64,000 nt of DNA from Macrostomum lignano (taxonomy: Eukaryota). Positions 58,701 through 64,000 of the stretch are shown here, in pieces; positions within the stretch are counted from its first letter, which is position 1; each line of letters starts with the position of its first letter. Where the stretch lies: positions 729,167-793,166 of the forward strand of contig NIVC01000200.1 of assembly GCA_002269645.1 (NCBI GenBank), in the 5' to 3' direction. The notes beneath the pieces were generated by a model. It did no database searches and was not told the DNA's origin. It was given only the letters and a program-made list of their open reading frames with translations. Position numbers and translations under genes: made by a program.

Positions 58701-61700
58701 AGTAGCTTTGGCGCTCTATTAGCAGTAGCTTTGGCGCTCTATTAGCAGTAGCTTTGGTGCCCTATTAGCAGTAGCTTTGGCGCTCTATTAGCAGTAGCTT
58801 TGGCGCCTTATTAGCAGTAGCTTTGGCGCTCTATTAGCAGTAGCTTTGGCGCTCTATTAGCAGTAGCTTTGGCGCCTATTAGCAGTAGCTTTGGTGCCTA
58901 TTAGCAGTAGCTTTGGCGCTCTATTAGCAGTAGCTTTGGGTCCCTATTAGCAGTAGCTTTGGCGCTCTATTAGCAGTAGCTTTGGCGCTCTATTAGCAGT
59001 AGCTTTGGCGCTCTATTAGCAGTAGCTTTGGCGCTCTATTAGCAGTAGCTTTGGCGCTCTATTAGCAGTAGCTTTGGCGCTCTATTAGCAGTAGCTTTGG
59101 CGCTCTATTAGCAGTAGCTTTGGCGCTCTATTAGCAGTAGCTTTGGTGCCCTATTAGCAGTAGCTTTGGCGCTCTATTAGCAGTAGCTTTGGCGCTCTAT
59201 TAGCAGTAGCTTTGGGCCTATTAGCAGTAGCTTTGGCCCTATTAGCAGTAGCTTTGGCGCCTATTAGCAGTAGCTTTGGGCCCTATTAGCAGTAGCTTTG
59301 GCGCTCTATTAGCAGTAGCTTTGGCGCTCTATTAGCAGTAGCTTTGGCGCTCTATTAGCAGTAGCTTTGGCGCTCTATTAGCAGTAGCTTTGGCGCCTTA
59401 TTAGCAGTAGCTTTGGCGCTCTATTAGCAGTAGCTTTGGCGCTCTATTAGCAGTAGCTTTGGCGCTCTATTAGCAGTAGCTTTGGCGCTCTATTAGCAGT
59501 AGCTTTGGCGCTCTATTAGCAGTAGCTTTGGCCCTATTAGCAGTAGCTTTGGCGCTCTATTAGCAGTAGCTTTGGCGCTCTATTAGCAGTAGCTTTGCGT
59601 CCCTATTAGCAGTAGCTTTGGCGCTCTATTAGCAGTAGCTTTGGCGCTCTATTAGCAGTAGCTTTGGCGCCTTATTAGCAGTAGCTTTGGCGCTCTATTA
59701 GCAGTAGCTTTGGCGCCTTATTAGCAGTAGCTTTGGCGCTCTATTAGCAGTAGCTTTGGCGCTCTATTAGCAGTAGCTTTGGCGCTCTATTAGCAGTAGC
59801 TTTGGCGCTCTATTAGCAGTAGCTTTGGCGCTCTATTAGCAGTAGCTTTGCGCCTATTAGCAGTAGCTTTGGTCCCTATTAGCAGTAGCTTTGTGCCCTA
59901 TTAGCAGTAGCTTTGTGCCTCTATTAGCAGTAGCTTTGGCGCTCTATTAGCAGTAGCTTTGGCGCTCTATTAGCAGTAGCTTTGGCGCTTATTAGCAGTA
60001 GCTTTGGCGCTCTATTAGCAGTAGCTTTGGCGCCTATTAGCAGTAGCTTTGGCGCTCTATTAGCAGTAGCTTTGGCGCCTATTAGCAGTAGCTTTGGGCT
60101 CTATTAGCAGTAGCTTTGGCGCTCTATTAGCAGTAGCTTTGGCGCTCTATTAGCAGTAGCTTTGGCGCTCTATTAGCAGTAGCTTTGGCGCTCTATTAGC
60201 AGTAGCTTTGGCGCTCTATTAGCAGTAGCTTTGGCGCTCTATTAGCAGTAGCTTTGGCGCTCTATTAGCAGTAGCTTTGGTGCCCTATTAGCAGTAGCTT
60301 TGGCGCTCTATTAGCAGTAGCTTTGGCGCTCTATTAGCAGTAGCTTTGGCGCTCTATTAGCAGTAGCTTTGGCGCTCTATTAGCAGTAGCTTTGGTGGCC
60401 CTATTAGCAGTAGCTTTGGCGCTCTATTAGCAGTAGCTTTGGCGCTCTATTAGCAGTAGCTTTGGCGCTCTATTAGCAGTAGCTTTGGCGCCTATTAGCA
60501 GTAGCTTTGGCGCTCTATTAGCAGTAGCTTTGGCCCTATTAGCAGTAGCTTTGGCGCTTATTAGCAGTAGCTTTGGTCCCTATTAGCAGTAGCTTTGGCG
60601 CTATTAGCAGTAGCTTTGGCGCTCTATTAGCAGTAGCTTTGGCGCTCTATTAGCAGTAGCTTTGGCGCTCTATTAGCAGTAGCTTTGGCGCTCTATTAGC
60701 AGTAGCTTTGGCGCTCTATTAGCAGTAGCTTTGGCGCCTTATTAGCAGTAGCTTTGGCGCTCTATTAGCAGTAGCTTTGGCGCTCATTAGCAGTAGCTTT
60801 GGCGCTCTATTAGCAGTAGCTTTGGCCTCTATTAGCAGTAGCTTTGGCGCTCTATTAGCAGTAGCTTTGGCGCTCTATTAGCAGTAGCTTTGGGCGCCTA
60901 TTAGCAGTAGCTTTGGCGCTCTATTAGCAGTAGCTTTGGCGCTCTATTAGCAGTAGCTTTGGCGCTCTATTAGCAGTAGCTTTGGCGCTCTATTAGCAGT
61001 AGCTTTGGCGCTCTATTAGCAGTAGCTTTGGCGCTCTATTAGCAGTAGCTTTGCGCTATTAGCAGTAGCTTTGGCGCTCTATTAGCAGTAGCTTTGGCGC
61101 TCTATTAGCAGTAGCTTTGGCCTCTATTAGCAGTAGCTTTGGCCCTATTAGCAGTAGCTTTGGCGCTCTATTAGCAGTAGCTTTGGCGCTCTATTAGCAG
61201 TAGCTTTGGTGCCCTATTAGCAGTAGCTTTGGCGCTCTATTAGCAGTAGCTTTGGCGCTCTATTAGCAGTAGCTTTGGCGCTCTATTAGCAGTAGCTTTG
61301 GCGCTCTATTAGCAGTAGCTTTGGCGCCTTATTAGCAGTAGCTTTGGTGCTCTATTAGCAGTAGCTTTGGCGCTCGATTAGCAGTAGCTTTGGCGCTCTA
61401 TTAGCAGTAGCTTTGGCGCTCTATTAGCAGTAGCTTTGGCGCTCTATTAGCAGTAGCTTTGGTCCCCTATTAGCAGTAGTTTTGGCCCTATTAGCAGTAG
61501 CTTTGGCGCCTATTAGCAGTAGCTTTGGCGCTCTATTAGCAGTAGCTTTGGCGCTCTATTAGCAGTAGCTTTGGCGCTCTATTAGCAGTAGCTTTGGCGC
61601 CTTATTAGCAGTAGCTTTGGCGCTCTATTAGCAGTAGCTTTGGCGCCTTATTAGCAGTAGCTTTGGCGCTCTATTAGCAGTAGCTTTGCGCGCTCATTAG

Positions 61701-64000
61701 CAGTAGCTTTGGCGCTCTATTAGCAGTAGCTTTGGCGCTCTATTAGCAGTAGCTTTGGCGCTCTATTAGCAGTAGCTTTGGCGCTCTATTAGCAGTAGCT
61801 TTGGCCTCTATTAGCAGTAGCTTTGGCGCCTATTAGCAGTAGCTTTGGTGCCTCTATTAGCAGTAGCTTTGGCCGCTCTATTAGCAGTAGCTTTGGCGCT
61901 CTATTAGCAGTAGCTTTGGCGCTCTATTAGCAGTAGCTTTGGCGCTCTATTAGCAGTAGCTTTGGTCCCTATTAGCAGTAGCTTTGGCCTCTATTAGCAG
62001 TAGCTTTGGTGCCCTATTAGCAGTAGCTTTGGCGCTCTATTAGCAGTAGCTTTGGCGCTCTATTAGCAGTAGCTTTGCTCTATTAGCAGTAGCTTTGGCG
62101 CTATTAGCAGTAGCTTTGGCGCTCTATTAGCAGTAGCTTTGGCGCTTATTAGCAGTAGCTTTGGCGCTCTATTAGCAGTAGCTTTGGCGCTCTATTAGCA
62201 GTAGCTTTGGCGCTCTATTAGCAGTAGCTTTGGCCCTATTAGCAGTAGCTTTGGTGCTCTATTAGCAGTAGCTTTGGCGCCCTATTAGCAGTAGCTTTGG
62301 CGCTATTAGCAGTAGCTTTGGCGCTCTATTAGCAGTAGCTTTGGTCCCTATTAGCAGTAGCTTTGGTGCCCTATTAGCAGTAGCTTTGGTGCCCTATTAG
62401 CAGTAGCTTTGCGCCCTATTAGCAGTAGCTTTGGCTCTATTAGCAGTAGCTTTGGTGCCCTATTAGCAGTAGCTTTTGGTGCCCTATTAGCAGTAGCTTT
62501 GGCGCTCTATTAGCAGTAGCTTTGGCGCTCTATTAGCAGTAGCTTTGGCCCTATTAGCAGTAGCTTTGTGCCCTATTAGCAGTAGCTTTGGGCCCTATTA
62601 GCAGTAGCTTTGGCGCCTATTAGCAGTAGCTTTGGTGCCCTATTAGCAGTAGCTTTGCGCCTATTAGCAGTAGCTTTGGCGCTCTATTAGCAGTAGCTTT
62701 GGCGCTCTATTAGCAGTAGCTTTGCGCCTCTATTAGCAGTAGCTTTGGCGCTCTATTAGCAGTAGCTTTGGCGCTCTATTAGCAGTAGCTTTGGCGCCTA
62801 TTAGCAGTAGCTTTGGCGCTCTATTAGCAGTAGCTTTGGCGCTCTATTAGCAGTAGCTTTGGTCCCTATTAGCAGTAGCTTTGGGCCTATTAGCAGTAGC
62901 TTTGTGCCCTATTAGCAGTAGCTTTGGCGCTCTATTAGCAGTAGCTTTGGCGCCTATTAGCAGTAGCTTTGGCGCTCTATTAGCAGTAGCTTTGGCGCTC
63001 TATTAGCAGTAGCTTTGGTGCCCTATTAGCAGTAGCTTTGGCGCTCTATTAGCAGTAGCTTTTGGCCTATTAGCAGTAGCTTTGGCGCTCATTAGCAGTA
63101 GCTTTGGCGCTCTATTAGCAGTAGCTTTGGCCCTATTAGCAGTAGCTTTGGCGCCTATTAGCAGTAGCTTTGGGCGCCTATTAGCAGTAGCTTTGGCGCC
63201 CTATTAGCAGTAGCTTTGGCGCCTATTAGCAGTAGCTTTGGCGCCCTATTAGCAGTAGCTTTGGCGCTCTATTAGCAGTAGCTTTGGCGCTCTATTAGCA
63301 GTAGCTTTGGCGCCTATTAGCAGTAGCTTTGGGCCCTATTAGCAGTAGCTTTGGCGCCTATTAGCAGTAGCTTTGGTGCCCTATTAGCAGTAGCTTTGGC
63401 GCCTATTAGCAGTAGCTTTGGCGCCTATTAGCAGTAGCTTTGGCGCTCTATTAGCAGTAGCTTTGGCGCTCTATTAGCAGTAGCTTTGGCGCTCTATTAG
63501 CAGTAGCTTTGGCGCTCTATTAGCAGTAGCTTTGGCGCCTTATTAGCAGTAGCTTTGGCGCTCTATTAGCAGTAGCTTTGTGCGCTCTATTAGCAGTAGC
63601 TTTGGCCTCTATTAGCAGTAGCTTTGGCGCTCTATTAGCAGTAGCTTTGGCGCTCTATTAGCAGTAGCTTTGGCGCTCATTAGCAGTAGCTTTGGTGCCC
63701 TATTAGCAGTAGCTTTGGCGCTCTATTAGCAGTAGCTTTGGCGCTCTATTAGCAGTAGCTTTGGCCCTATTAGCAGTAGCTTTGGCGCTCTATTAGCAGT
63801 AGCTTTGGCGCCTATTAGCAGTAGCTTTGGCGCTCTATTAGCAGTAGCTTTGGCGCTCTATTAGCAGTAGCTTTGGTCCCTATTAGCAGTAGCTTTTGCC
63901 CTATTAGCAGTAGCTTTGGCGCTCTATTAGCAGTAGCTTTGGCGCCTATTAGCAGTAGCTTTGTGTGCCCTATTAGCAGTAGCTTTGGCGCTCTATTAGC
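49778..64000. repeat. 23-bp satellite (TATTAGCAGTAGCTTTGGCGCTC)n, more than 14.2 kb, about 620 units, truncated by the window end
   Basis: Invariant TATTAGCAGTAGCTTT plus a variable 7-mer (GGCGCTC, GGTGCCC, GGCGCCT, GGTCCCC, GGTGCTC and others). Confidence 0.99.

Noticed and set aside
49778-64000. CRISPR-like appearance (constant 16-mer plus variable segment)
   Set aside because: The variable part is only 7 nt and drawn from a handful of related variants rather than unique spacers. The context is eukaryotic and there are no cas genes.

Overview
Eukaryotic, intron-rich and very repeat-rich metazoan DNA. The style (GC-rich exons, poly-Q/poly-A tracts, a different minisatellite in most large introns) resembles a free-living flatworm such as Macrostomum, but that is inference only. 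I reconstructed four host genes by hand, using GT-AG junctions with consistent phases. (1) A divergent PP2A scaffold (A subunit)-like HEAT-repeat gene, minus strand, 5 exons visible, running off the left edge. (2) A complete 3-exon FoxJ1-like gene (730 aa). (3) A complete 3-exon MATH-BTB (SPOP/TDPOZ-like) gene (424 aa). (4) The first two exons of a DEG/ENaC channel, followed by a 23-bp satellite of more than 14 kb that fills the rest of the window. Mobile DNA: an apparently intact 4.2-kb hAT transposon (BED-finger transposase, perfect 8-bp TSD), two hAT-type MITEs, a 1.15-kb CCC...GGG element with a 2-bp TSD, a TA-flanked foldback element and two copies of a tRNA-derived SINE. The two most striking observations are at protein level. 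The FoxJ1-like recognition helix reads SAVRY instead of NSIRH. The PP2A-A-like protein has replaced essentially every B-subunit-contact/cancer-hotspot residue. No rRNA, true tRNA or CRISPR array was seen. Homology calls come from remembered family motifs, not database searches.
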